Position numbers and translations under genes: made by a program | The notes under the pieces: generated by a model | The model's input: the letters and a program-made list of their open reading frames with translations, nothing else | Database searches by the model: none | What the model was told of the DNA's origin: nothing | Part shown: piece after piece, positions 15,334 through 28,206 of the stretch | Position numbering within the stretch: position 1 is the stretch's first letter | How the letters are laid out: each line of letters begins with the position of its first letter | Source: Bigelowiella natans CCMP2755 | Taxonomy: Eukaryota; Protista; Cercozoa | Assembly: GCA_000320545.1 (NCBI GenBank) | Contig: ADNK01000870.1 | Location: 135,619 to 199,618 of the forward strand | DNA length: 64,000 bases | Reading direction: 5' to 3'

Positions 15334-16479
15334 GTAGTAGTAGTAGTAGTAGTAGTAGTAATAGTAGTCACATCTTCATCATTATCGTAATTATAATAAT
15401 CACTATTATCATCAACGTTCATTATCATCTTACGATCACTATCAGAACATGCTCCTCCTTCTTCATCATCATCATCTTCTTCTTCTTTTTCCTTTCCCCC
15501 TATTCTCATTACCGTCCATGGAAGCTGATCTCCTTTTGGATCTTCTGCTACCGCCTTTCTGCCATCTAGATTGAACCATCGTCCTGAGATGGGATCCATG
15601 ACGACCTACATACAATAAGATGTGTATATATAATTTATGTGTGTGCGTGTGCATACATCTATTCACAAGAGCGACGAGGTAAGTATACTTATTTTCTTCC
15701 TCAACATTCAAATTATGGCCCAGTGATATTGGAGTTAGAAAATTATATCGTACAGAAAATAGCGATGATGATGATGATGATGATATCTACCATGGACGGG
15801 AAAGCTGAAACTTTATAAAACTGCATAATGCGTTGCCTGTTGTTGCACAATAGATCACAGCAGCAGTCATCATTTAAAACCACCAGTTGGAATACTACTT
15901 CAGAGCATAGCCATATTATCACCATCATCAACATCCTCTTCTCACCTTAGTTCGTTTTCAGAAAAAGGAACAGCAAGAAAAGGCATGCGCTGAAGGTAAG
16001 AGTCAAAGTCTCTCGCCGTACGACAGCCACTGATGAATATGCATTGCACAGGTTTATTGGCTGCCTTCATCGCCTCGTAACTAGCGATCAGTTTTGGAGT
16101 AAATGCCTTGCAAGGGCCGCACCTTTGAGTCATTATTCAACGGGAGGGGGATGATAACATGAAGCCTTGAAACTATTGTCGATTATTTTTTGCGGAGCTG
16201 AAAGAAATCTAATGGTTTGCATCTGTTCGATTGATCTCAACTATCTGTTTAGGCTTTCTAGAGAGCACAATATTCGGTTTGGCTATTTGCCCCCCTGCCA
16301 GATTGCCTCTTAATATTTTTTCTGAGCCTACTACTTAATCACCAGGAAGCGGAAAAATAAAGCAGGATGGCCTCTGGCGGTGCTGCTCCTTCTTCTCCCT
16401 GCAGCAGGTCCGTGAAGGAGATGGTACGTCCAGTTCGATCTACAAGGCCCTTCGCCTCTCGAAGCGGACTATCTTCCAT
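1..16479 (-). CDS. Giant multi-exon protein (3' end outside window): N-terminal nucleoredoxin-like Trx, putative His/Cys protease-like region, second Trx (SxxC), two UBA-like domains, DUF3638-type P-loop region
   Basis: ATG at 16479 gives MEDSPLREAKGLVDRTG...LLYFSASW|CGPCKAFTPKL, with the WCGPC site split by an intron. PGGWQDTDSGHCIMH lies at ~13950. KLVVIDFFSAKSKECKEM lies at ~11320. UBA-like AMQLMAFGYEKLAVDWALRNCNNNMQAAAEKLM lies at ~10950 and VVSQGYPRHIAKQV|LEQFKYDLPIAQSWL at ~6140-6360. RQMIMGAGKSTV|VGPMLSLILADG and LILDEVDLLLHPLRSELNFPIG lie at 300-1300. GT-AG introns join consecutive minus-strand ORFs. Confidence 0.8.
13496..13543. repeat. (TA)n microsatellite, intronic
   Basis: Uninterrupted tatata run. 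It is one of very many intronic microsatellites ((TAG/CTA)n, (GAT/CAT)n, (GGA)n, (GAA)n, (CA)n, (GA)n). Confidence 0.95.
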
Positions 16480-16621
16480 GGTTGGAGATTCCGTCGAAGG
16501 ACTGGGGGTAGCGGAGATGCCGTCTCACCGGTATCGCTTTTTTGCGAAAGGAATCCCGATAAATCACGGAAATAGAGGGGAATTACTCGCAGCGACAAAC
16601 TCAAAATTGATCAGTAGCTAG

Positions 16622-17371
16622 GTGTTTGTCCGGAGCATTTTCACAATCGGTGATGCAGTCTTCTTCAATCATTCTTGAAACAATTCTTCTTCTTCTTCTT
16701 CTTCTTCTTCTTCTTCTTGCGTCTTCTTCTTCTTCTTCTTCATTGGTGCCAAGCTAGTCCACGTTGGAACAGCTTCACATTGAAGAAGTTGCGAGGTCGA
16801 TGATGAAAAAATGATCCTCGATTGTTGCGCCGAGCTAGCGAGTCGCGTTTGTCTGCACGCTTGCTCTTGCATGCGTGTGTCGTGGTGAAGGAAGTTTCAA
16901 TTGAGGAGGAAGTTTTCAGATCTGCGCCATTGGTGCACGCTGGTGAACGAATTGAACACTCACTGGGTAAAGGATCTGCGCCACTCCAGTCTGGCATGTG
17001 ACGTGGTGCACGTTGGAGTGCATCGGAGTGACCAGTGGAGCACAATTGCTAGATGAGTCAGTTTGCGATGCACGCGTGCCAGACAGGTGTGGCTTGTGCG
17101 ACAAGCGTTCAGCGCACAACCGCCAAGAGCAAAGCACACACGTCTGGACGTGGGTGTCACACTCGTGCACTTGTGGTGCGTCGTCTGGGTGCGATGTTCA
17201 GACGTCCCAGCACCAGAGCACTCGATCAGCACGTCATCATCTCGAGATCTGCGCATGCTTGCTCGGTGTCGTGCATGCATGCACGACTAGCTAGCTAGAC
17301 AGATGGTGACATGACTAGCTAGCTAGTGTGACAACACGTTTCTAGATCTAGAGACTTGCAGATGAGATCTA
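16622..17371. other. TpA-depleted intergenic tract (TA retained almost only as CTAG)
   Basis: Manual count: about 13 TA in 750 bp, 12 of them in CTAG; the single exception is GGTAAA at ~16968. Rich in TG/CA, TGCA and CACGT. Confidence 0.9.
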
Positions 17372-17652
17372 GTACACTAAATGTACGTGACAACAACGCA
17401 TGACACAGCAGCGAGCATGTGTGCATGGCTAGCTACGTTGTCAACGGCATGGGCAGACTAGCTAAGATCAGGCATATGTGGATATCAAGACATGGTGCTG
17501 TGTCTGTTGCATCTGGACATGCGTTGTGTCAGCAGCAGAACAATGATCACGACCACAGATTTAATTTGCCAATGCTCAGTGATACGATCGCAGCTTAGCT
17601 CATTGTGCTACAGGTAGAAACGTTCTTGCTTCATCTTTAATTATCAATCGAT

Positions 17653-19528
17653 TCACCGTGGGCGTCCATTGTGTTGTCGCGCTGTCCTTCTATCCGAATA
17701 CTCATGGGCTTGATAAGATCTTGGCCTAAAATCCCTCCGCCGTTTGGTCCTATCATGACCTCTCAAACTAGCTGATCGCCTACGTCGTGATGGTGGTGGT
17801 CCACTTAAGGCAAATCTTCGTCGAAACTGTGGTCTTTCTCGAAATGATTCTGCAAAATGTCAAAAAAAATATTTAGTTTTAGCACAGGTCAAGCATTAGC
17901 TATTACTCATTGGAAATGAGGTTCTGTTTCGAATAAGTCCCCCCTTCCATTCCAGTTCCTCGTCGCTTGCTTCAGAGACTGGATCATTTGAAGAAACAAA
18001 AGCCATTTTGCTGCGCAAAAATGTGAATCATATGTGAATATCATTCAAGAATTACCAGGAAATAAGACATTATTACCTGTAGCTCCATCGGTACTTGTAA
18101 TCCCGGAAAAGTATCTCGAACGGCTCCAGCAACTTGATCACCGCATCCCGTCGCTCTTTCAAATATGAAACTACAAACACTCTCTTTTTGTTCCCATAGA
18201 TAGTGTTGTCTTCGTCGACATAGACATATGTAGCATACGTCTCACACATCTTTCTCCAGCATTTCATACCTAAGTACGATAAATACAACACAATCAAAGG
18301 ATTTTTGAGTGATGTAAGAAAAAATCGTTCGTACGAATTTATTTTTCTTCCTCCTTGTGAGGTGAATATGCGAGTATTTACCTCGTCCATGTATGAATGG
18401 AACAGCTGATGCAGGAATATCTGCAAAATCTACAAAGGGGTGATTCAGAAAGTCTGAACTGTTATCTGTTGTGAGCATCCAATTATCATCGAGCTCTTTT
18501 GACGTGAAAAACGATAATATCAATATCTTCATTAGGTTTCTCTGGATCAAAGTTCCTACAAAAATCCTAATTTCAGCGCTATTACAGAATCTGATAAAAT
18601 AATATTAAACCGTTTATTACGACGCTTGTACTGTGACGGCTATCTGGTACGAACAATTTACACCCGCAAGCGGCTTCCATTCTTTTCATAGCAAACGCAC
18701 CGCTCCTAAGACATCAATATTTTTTTTATCATTTATTTGGCAGCCCAAATCAAGCTTAAAGTGTACGTTAGAGCTTTAAGAGTACGTTAGAAGCTTGGAT
18801 ACAAGGGGTTTATTTATCGTGAAACGCTCTGTTTGCCAATCGCTTAACGCGTAGATCTGGGAAGAGTTCATGCCAGAAGGAGCTACCTTGCCATCGGTTC
18901 GATTCACTGCCACACACACACACACACACACAAAAGATGATGTTATTATTGACAATAGGTAAGTACCACGCCGATACAAAGGCTACGTGAGGAGTGTTGT
19001 GATTTTACATCTTTATCGTACACGAGGAGAGGACGTTGGAGAGCTGTTGTTTCTGTTTGAGTGATGGCTGCTGTGAAGCTTGAGCAAGCTTCCTTTCTTG
19101 CTGGTGGTAACTTACTCTGATACTCACGATCACAGCTAGAACCAAACAACATGCCAAGGAGATAGATACGATTTTGGGAGAATGATATCTCCCCCTAGAT
19201 CCGCCCGTGCTCATGAAATGCTCTTGCCAACTAGCCCATTAGTTTTTACTGGTTGTTCGCGATGTGAATGAGACTTTTGGGCTTCCAATCCCCTACAAGC
19301 AGGTGGTAGATATAAATCTATTACTACTAACAGCTCCACATCCTTGTTGCTGCTACTTCCACATGTACGTGCAGGAACTGCATCATCATCATTTCCCGAC
19401 GACGGCAAGCTTTGCTTGTTTTCTTGTCGCAGCAGGCGGCGCTCCGAAAAATTAATGTTTTAGAGCGGCAATAAACTCCCAACAACCATCAGCATTCATC
19501 ATCTTTCTCGGGATTATGTCCTCACCAT
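17653..19528 (-). CDS. Putative KH-like RNA-binding protein with Arg-rich C-terminal tail (multi-exon)
   Basis: Spliced reading gives ERFTINKPLVSKLLT|SGAFAMKRMEAACGCKLFVPD...AEIRIFVGT and FADIPASAVPFIHGRG, two KH-like units. The last exon reads RERPQFRRRFALSGPPPSRRRRSASLR...GRPR*, stop at 17653. The start (ATG|gtgagg at 19528) is tentative. Confidence 0.5.
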
Positions 19529-19696
19529 TGCCAAAGCTATCCACACGTCGTCAACTCGAACACCAGTGGTTCAAAATGAGAGCCTCCAATATTTCGCTTG
19601 CGACAAGGTATCATGGAAATATGTGTGCTAAATCTCATGCATTTATTCATTTTAATGCTATCATTTCTGTAACATAAAGCCTTACAATCATAAACA

Positions 19697-20377
19697 ATGT
19701 ACGCTGCCTACCCTACCCCCTCGCCTCGGCGCATCCCTATCAAGACTGTTGCACTTCTTTGTGCAGTCATTTTGGGCATCGTTGCGAGCTCAATGTTGAT
19801 ATTTCGTGAAGTTCAAGGTACTAGATGACTGTGAGGTTGATCGAAACACTGACAGAGCTTGTCGTGAAGATTGTAATCACTGATAAATTTCTAGTGATAG
19901 ATCTGCATCAATACTACAACATTGAATCATCCCTCTAGCCATATGAACAGAATTACACGCTCGCACCATTTTTTATTATCAAAAATCTTATTTTTTATGT
20001 TCTAAAATTATTCAGGCTCCTTAGCTGCGCCTGCAGTCAGAAGCATGCAAACTAGTTTCACACGCCCAATGATGGCCATTTCTGGTCGACCTAGGTATCC
20101 TTTGCATAAGCTTACCCCATGAAGCAAACTTAATACGTTGAATCCTATGGCTCAGTCTGGCAGTAGATGCAACCTATGTGATGTGGAAAGGAGCTAAGAA
20201 AAAAATGATGAAGAGGTAAATTTTGTGACCAAATGAACTCGGGCTTCGACTAACCAAAATATGATTTGCAGACCTAAAAAGAAGGGATACGACTCTCGAA
20301 GAACCCCACCTGTTTACGATCAACTTCCGCAAGCTCCACCTCAGATGGTGGTGGTGAAGGCCGCAAAAAAGGATTAG
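19697..20377 (+). CDS. PSRP6: Plastid-specific 50S ribosomal protein 6 (cL38) with bipartite leader, 4 exons
   Basis: Exons 19697-19817, 20016-20094, 20156-20215 and 20272-20377 are all GT-AG and in frame: MYAAYPTPSPRRIPIKTVALLCAVILGIVASSMLIFREVQGSLAAPAVRSMQTSFTRPMMAISGRPSLAVDATYVMWKGAKKKMMKRPKKKGYDSRRTPPVYDQLPQAPPQMVVVKAAKKD*. The RPKK...D.RR.P.VY..LP..P pattern matches PSRP6. Confidence 0.75.
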
Positions 20378-20479
20378 AAAGAAGTTATCGAATTCGTGTC
20401 ACTAGTCATTACTTTGGTTAAAAATGTGTAGTAAGTGATGATTAAATTTATCCTGTGTGGTACAAAAAATGCATGCGAA

Positions 20480-21300
20480 CACAACATCACATGATATGAA
20501 GCATATTGAAACTAGTCTGATTTAGAGGTACGTATGCAATATAAGTATAGGCGGATAGCGTACCTTCACAAAGTTGATGCCTCACTACTATGCTACGACT
20601 AGACAGCCATGTGCTAAGCATGTGTGTGTACGTATAACAATAGTGTACTCCATGCACCTACGGTGGTTCTTGAATTTGCTTGCGCGTACATAGAAATGCC
20701 ATGCTAGCAAGCATGCATGGCACTAGGTGCCAACTATCTAGCTCTAGAGCTACACGTACGTAATACGTACAGAGAGCTAGAGAGAGACTACTGAAGTCAT
20801 GATAGCTGCATGTCAAGATGGGTTAAGCGTTTCTAGGTTTATATACGATCGACGAAGCGATATGCGAAGCTAGCAGCTAGCGAAGCTGTCACACAACGTA
20901 ACGCACGTCACAGCTAGCTAGCTAGATACAGCATGCCTGTGCATGGGCGCACATGTATACGCATATATTATCTAGACGACATCTAGACATGCATGTATGT
21001 CACGTACGTGTACATCTCTAGCTAGACACATGCATAGATAATAACATACAGTCTATATAATCTATGCTAGCGCGTACACGTAAATATATCTATAGGCGTG
21101 CCGTGCTCTGCTATAGTTTGTTTCTAGACAACCTAGACAGATAGGATCGGTGTATGATCTAGTGATGCTTGCAGGTATATAATTATGCACCGACACAAGT
21201 TTTTTAAGATCATCATCGATACGATGCTATTTCCAGTAATGCATAAGGAAGTATTGCCTCCATGCCAATTTGCGGCTAGCAGCTCATGTCATCGCACTTA
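20480..21300. other. Convergent intergenic tract rich in GCTAGC/CATG/TACGTA palindromic words
   Basis: Dense cagctagctagctagata, gcatgcatgg and tacgtacgta between the PSRP6 and TBC 3' ends. Confidence 0.7.
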
Positions 21301-21758
21301 AAATAATCGAGTTCTCTGGCCGTGTATACTTATTTCCATAGTGTCATACCGACTGAAATCTTATATAATGATAACCAGAGTAGATGATAATAAATACAAT
21401 TGCGAAGAAGACATTTCTGACGCATATCTTGAACATATCTAGATATATGATACTATAAAAACGAATTTAATCGTTTTCTTCTTATTTTAAGTTGGTAAGC
21501 AGAAGGCTATTGTTTATGGTATGCTAGAACTAACCATGGTACTAAAATGCATTCTTATCTTGTAGGAATACACTATATCAATGAAAAAATTAAAGTGCAA
21601 ATGCTGCTATTTTTCAATGAATTAGAATTTATTGTTAAAGCAACCCAGACATAACAGTAAGCTGATTAGTCATGAGCGACCGGTTGCATCATTCAAATCT
21701 TGGATAGAGTTAGAGAAATTATTAGCATAATTTTTAGGAGCAATAGATTTCAACGTCG

Positions 21759-22888
21759 TCAAATGCTTTTTCGATGTGCACGTTTCTCTCCAGAATCTCC
21801 CTCAAGCATGAACTAGATGGTAAATTTCAAAAACTTAAATGAGTACATGATGAGCCTTCCACAAATATGATTGATTGTTCTTTTGTCACCTTATGAACGA
21901 GTCTATCAAACCTCTTTGATGTAAGCTGAATCCTGTTAATGTTTTCAAACAACGCGGCCTACAAGAAGATGAATCCCCATAATTAGGAATATATATTCGT
22001 TCCATCGCCATAATTAGGAATATACGTATATATTCGTTCCATTGGCACGACGCTTGAAAGTACTACCTCGTTTATATCCTCTGGTGGACGATTCAGGATC
22101 GACAGACAATCCTCGAAACTCTTCGTGAGAAAACTTTGCTGAAGACGATGATTTTGGTAAGAATGTGATGGAAAGTCAACAGGAAAGTTGGTAGTATTGG
22201 TATCGTCGTTATTGTTATACCCCAAATAGCCTTAGAATTCCCAATGCAGTACGGAAAAGGAATACTTGACCGTGGAATAAGAAATTATCCCAGATTCTAT
22301 GTGCAATGTCTATTGGAAGAGACCGACTGTATATCGTTAACAACCTGATGATGTAGTATATATCATTGTATGGGCAGACAGTTGATTGATGGAAGAAGAA
22401 GAAGAAGAAGAAGAAGAAGAAGAAGAAGAAAAGTGCAATTGACGACGTGACGACGAACAGCAAGGTGTGTGTGTGTGTGTGTGTGTGTGCGTGTGTGTGT
22501 ATGCTGTGCATATGTATATGCCAGTGTTCTTGGAGGTGTGTATGCTGTGTATATGTATATGCCAGTGTTCTTGGAGGTGGCAAGCAATGATGACAATGGT
22601 GGTGGTGGTGGAATTATTAACCATTCGTATAAATACATCCCGGGCTTGATTTCGATTTCTTCAAAATGATCGTACAATTTGGGAAGTTTCTCCTTCATCA
22701 AAGTCTAGAAAGAAAGAGAAACACAAGTATTGCGATGATGAATGGCATGACATGACTGGCTCAGATCAGAAAAGAATTAATACAGATAGCACTTACAACG
22801 ATAACGATTGATGACCTGGTAGACTTTGAGATGAGTCTCCATTTTGTCGACGTCCATACGAAAAAAAGCGAAATATATATCCTGGCAG

Positions 22889-22922
<34 letters not shown>

Positions 22923-23453
22923 GAAATCTATGATGTGTAGTAAGAGAGCATGTAAGCTGTAGGACCTGATTCAGCAAATTGGCTAAACACTGAAACGCGT
23001 CTTCGGTACACATATTCAACAGCAAGATAGCAGCTAGGTACGACATTCCCTGTACATATCCGACTGGATGATAATGAAGAAAGAAAGAAAGAGAGAGAGG
23101 GAGAGGGAGGCGGTCATTCAAATAATGTATCTAACAACTACTCTGTAATAATAAATATCCAAAGCAGCAAGTGCAGTGAATAATAATACCGTCGGGTCGA
23201 TAACATACGTAAGCCTGCAACACTTTTAGCAAAGGCTCATGGAGAGGCCCCTCTTTATGAAAGAACTTTAACTGCGGAAACGTTCTTGGTATATCCTTCA
23301 AGGATGATGCAATCGAAACAGCAATAAGAGGAAACGAGAACAAATTTAACGATGAAAGAAGCTACAGTTTGAATAAAGAACAAGGACAAAGCGGGCGAAG
23401 AAGAAGAAGGGAGCTAGCTACTTTTGATAAAACCTCTATATCGTAAGACATCA

Positions 23454-23485
<32 letters not shown>

Positions 23486-24188
23486 ATAGAACAATATTTA
23501 TGTTTACTACCGCCCGTATGATCCGCATGCTATCTTCTCTCGATGCATCATCATCGTCGTCATCTTCTTCTTCCTTCTGCTTCGAGTCGCTTGATATTGG
23601 AAGCTCTGAAGAGCCTCTTCTTGCCCTTGCATTTGCCTTTTCAGATGCGGCAATCTGCTCACCCCAAAGTTTTCTTCCTCGTTTGACATTGATTGAGAAG
23701 AGTTCTGGAGTTATCTTAAGCTCATTTCCAATGATGGCCTGAAAGCACAAGAACAAGAACAAGAGTGAGTGAATAACCAATACGACAGACTCTCTCCTGG
23801 AACATGAAGCAGCACCTTCCATGCCTTTCCACGAATACTGCCTGGAATACCCTTCCAACACAGCTTGTTTACTCTTGATGATGTAGCCATTTGGGGCCGT
23901 GTTGGTCGTTTCTCCAGAAGCTGCTGCCATTCTTTCTTACGCCTTGTTTCGGATGCCTAATGAGTGAGTGAGTGAGTAGTGAGTGAGTTGGTTAATGAGT
24001 GGGTGAACAGTGAGAATAGAGACAAATTGACACACAACATCAAGTGAAATTACTCGCGGTCTATAGTAAATTACCTCTCGTTCATCCTCTTTAGCATCAG
24101 GTGATTCCATAGCTTGATGATTGAAGAATAGTTTGGCCCTCTCTGCCATGTTATTCATCTGCAGAGAATAGAGCGGGCGACCAAATGA

Positions 24189-24243
<55 letters not shown>

Positions 24244-24951
24244 TGAATGAATGGATGAAAATCACCGGTGCAAGCATAAGGTCGAGATTGAATACCTTCT
24301 TTGTGACAGCAGTTGCAAGATCTGAGACTGACCATGACCGCTTAGTTCTTAGCGTGCTGCTACGGCTGCTTCTAATAATGGTTCAGGAAGAAGAAGGCAT
24401 ACGTTCAGTTTACGCTCCCTCTGATTCAATGGCGATTGATTCAACTAATACTGATTTATTACTTGTCTGTTGGAGATTCAACCAATACATCATCATCCTG
24501 TTGGTTTTGCGTTTGAATATCTGCTACTGTGGGACTTCCATTGTTCATTTTCTTCTTCTGTGACCTTCCATCATCTTGACCCTCGTTTCCGCTGGGAAGT
24601 GAGGGTAACGGGGTGTTTTGTTTTTTAGGTGGGGGAATGTATGAGGGAGTAGGAGAGGATGAGGATGAGGAGGAGGAGGAGGCAGGGGTCTTCATAACTT
24701 TGTCTTCTGTTGCTATGGTGGTGGCATCGTCCACTTGTGTAGATTTTGCTTCTGGCTCGGTACATTCTATCTCTTTCATTTTTTTGGTTTCTTCTTCCAC
24801 CACTGTCTTGGGCACCACCAACACCTCATCATCTTGGTGTTTCGATGATGATGAAGCTGCTTCTTCAGGCTTTTTATATTCAACAAATTAGATCAGCCAT
24901 CATACTTCAAAGAATTTAAATTTTCGTTTTGACAACCTTTGCTGCTTTCAT
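21759..24951 (-). CDS. TBC-domain Rab GTPase-activating protein (TBC1D12/14-like), multi-exon
   Basis: [12 protein letters not shown]|[45 protein letters not shown]|[18 protein letters not shown] (Arg and Gln fingers), and [31 protein letters not shown]. The 5' end is uncertain. Confidence 0.88.
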
Positions 24952-25605
24952 TGAAAAATGCAGCTGCAGCTTCTTCTCCTCCTTCTTCGTCTTCTTCTTC
25001 TTTTTCCTATAAAGGGATGATGATGTTGTCATGGCAGCCCCAATTTCAAACCAAAGGCAGACGGAGCAAAACGTACTATCTACCCCAGTGACGAATGAGA
25101 CAGAGGATGAAAGCAGATTAGGTTACCTCCCACTTTCGAGTGTATCTTCTTTGAGGCCGTTTATTTACGATCGTAGGCCTACGTTAAAGTTTTTAATATA
25201 AGAATATCCTCGAAGCAGATTTACTTCCACCGTACAATCGAGCGCGGAGGGGGTAAACTTACAATAGACATTTATTAGTGACAACCTTAAGCTCCTGGCA
25301 AGATAGGGATACTGCAAGTGTATTATTTAATGGTGGAATACACAGCGCGTTACGTTATCTACTTTCCAGCCAGCGCTCGTCGCCAATCAGAAGCGTGACC
25401 CCGGCACCACCACCATTCAGTGGAATTGGCACGATTAATCAATGAATGGATCTAAAGAAGAGTGCGATTTTATCCCTGCGACTTCGTATTTATGCCAAAA
25501 CCACCAATAAATCCGCGTGTATTCACCTTCCTGGGAGAATGATATCCGGTATTTGAAAATGTTATTGGATCATTCTCAAACAGCGTTTATTTGCTATTGA
25601 AACAC

Positions 25606-27006
25606 ATGCCATTTTTTTCCATTTTGAACCAAAATCTCATGTCTTTTGCCTCAAAAGGAAGGAGACTCTACTTTCGAGTTTTTTCGGCCTTCCGTCCTCA
25701 GTTTGTCAGCTTGCCTTTTTCCTTCCGAGGAGGGGGCAGACAGTATCAACCGTGTGATGTTGCCAAAGAACGAACAACGATCATAGAGACAGCAGCCATC
25801 ACACGAATATCTTGTAGAGCAACAATCAGCCCGAAACGAACTGATTCCAACGCTTGTGCATGGCACATTTGGCATCCCCACAAAAATTTTCCCGGAGACG
25901 ATGTTGCGTGTTGTGTGTACTATTGTTTGTCTTTCTCACTGGGTTGTCTTCGAGAAACCAGGGATCACACTTCGTTCATTTACCTCGGCATTCACAACTT
26001 ACGATGTGCGTGAGACACTACTACTTTTCGTTTCACTCCAAGAGTTAAGCGAATAATATGTGATACTACTATCCTGTTACATATGTTGTTGTCAAGGCGC
26101 ATTCAGAAAGCTGATGGTGAGGATGGGGTGAAGATTTCTATGTGCCATATTGAGGACACTGTAACAATTGCTCGAGCTCTAGCTAGGATTTATAAGGTCT
26201 GTAGCGTTAGGCTTGTGGCGGTGGCAGGCAGCAGCAGTAGCAGTGGTTGGTGGTGGTGGTGGTGGCGTGTAGTTACTTTCATTTCCAGTAATGAAAACTA
26301 CCGTCTGAAACACCATCATGTTCATAAGGAATTTCTTATAGTATGTTTTGGTAGTATTTTCAAAATGATTATATTGAGAGTAGTAATACAAAACTCAATG
26401 TTGTTCTTTTTTTATTTTTAACTACAGAAGGGAGAATCACTATTTTTATCTGGTGATTTGGGATCTGGAAAGACATGCTTTGCCAGAGCGTTCATCAGAG
26501 AATTCCTTGATAACCCCATCCTTGATGTCCCATCTCCAACGTAATCAGGATACATTTACTTGCACATTACTACTAATAAGTAACCATGAATAACTCCTTA
26601 TTTCAAATGCATCCCCTGATAATTCTGCTACTACAAGTATTATTATTATGATGATTGTGTAAGTTTGATGATGATGAGGAGGAGAAGGATGGGGATGATA
26701 ATGAAGATGGCAATAATTTCCAGTGATGCAAACAGTACTGTAGATGTGTCATAAACTATCGATCGTGTCATCATTGTCTAATTACACAGATATCTCATTG
26801 CTCTAACGTATGGTGATAAGGAAGAAGCTAGTCGAGTCCGTAGCAGGTTACCACTGTAGTAGTACAATGCTGCCCCCCATGATGAGAGCTGCTTTTAAGT
26901 AAATTGGGAATAATTATTGAATAAATGCATAAGTAGTCGAGAAGAATCAGTACCACTCTGCAAAGTTACTCATTTGGATTTATACCGACTAAAGAACGCT
27001 ACGAGG

Positions 27007-27043
<37 letters not shown>

Positions 27044-27931
27044 AGTAGTAGTAGTGGAAGTAGTAGTAGTAATTTCCAAAAAGACAAGTCCTATGAAAAA
27101 GGCATATTATATATACAGTGCAACAACCTTGACATCTAGCCTCTGGGTCATCATCACCATCATTCATATAGGATTTGCAATACCATCATCACTATAGTAT
27201 TCAGTTTCAATCAGCATGATCAATAATGCTATCAGAGTGAGAAGGCTTATAGATTTCGAGGATGTATTCAACAACCAGATAAGGTTGCTACTATTTAGTA
27301 GCATATAGCGAAGATATTGATGTTTATCATACTTTATCGCTGGAACAGCCATTAGTGATGATGAGCATGAGGAGGAGGAGGAGGAGGAGGAAGAGGAGGA
27401 GGAGGAGGAAGATGTTATCCTAACCCATCAATATCAAATAGAAACTTTCAAGGAGAGTATTTGAGAGGAGTAGGAATTTATGTATTCATCTTCTTCTTCT
27501 TCTTGAGAGCTTGCTGCCTAATTGTTTCGCGATTCAGTATTATAGAATGGCCTGAGAGACTGCTGCTCTTGGAATCTAATGGAGAAAGAAGAAGAAGAAG
27601 AAGCGGAGGAGGAGGGGGGGGGAGGAGGGGTAATAAATGAGAGCTGGCCTCCACGACTTGAGGTAACATTTCACGGCAGTGGTCCTCAGGGAATACATCG
27701 AAATATTACCATCAAATCGAGTAAGACGAGTAAATCAAAAAGGTGTGTGCGATTGATACATAAACATATAACAAATAGACGCATCATGACCAACGTAGAT
27801 TAACGAATACATTACGATCTGATGGTTTTCCCACATCATTCCTTAACTTGGCATCATCATTCATTGATATGGTGCTAAGAATGATGGCCGCTCGAATTGT
27901 TTTAAGTGTTGTGAGTGTATTGTGAGTGTGT

Positions 27932-27970
<39 letters not shown>

Positions 27971-28173
27971 TGTCATCGCCATCATTTTTTCTTCTACGTT
28001 CGTATGACAACGATAATACCTCTCTGCTCTTTCTCAATATATACTAATATATATACGTGTGTGTGTGTGTGTGTATGTGTGTAGGGAAGCGACGAACAGC
28101 ATTTTGGATCGACTACTAGCAAAACTATTGATGATGTCTTCTTCGTCTTCGTGTTCAGATGATGACCACAGTA

Positions 28174-28206
<33 letters not shown>

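Noticed and set aside
16669-17298. Cluster of overlapping ORFs on both strands
   Set aside because: This follows from TA depletion removing TAA/TAG stops. The products are Cys/His/Arg-rich with no recognisable motif.
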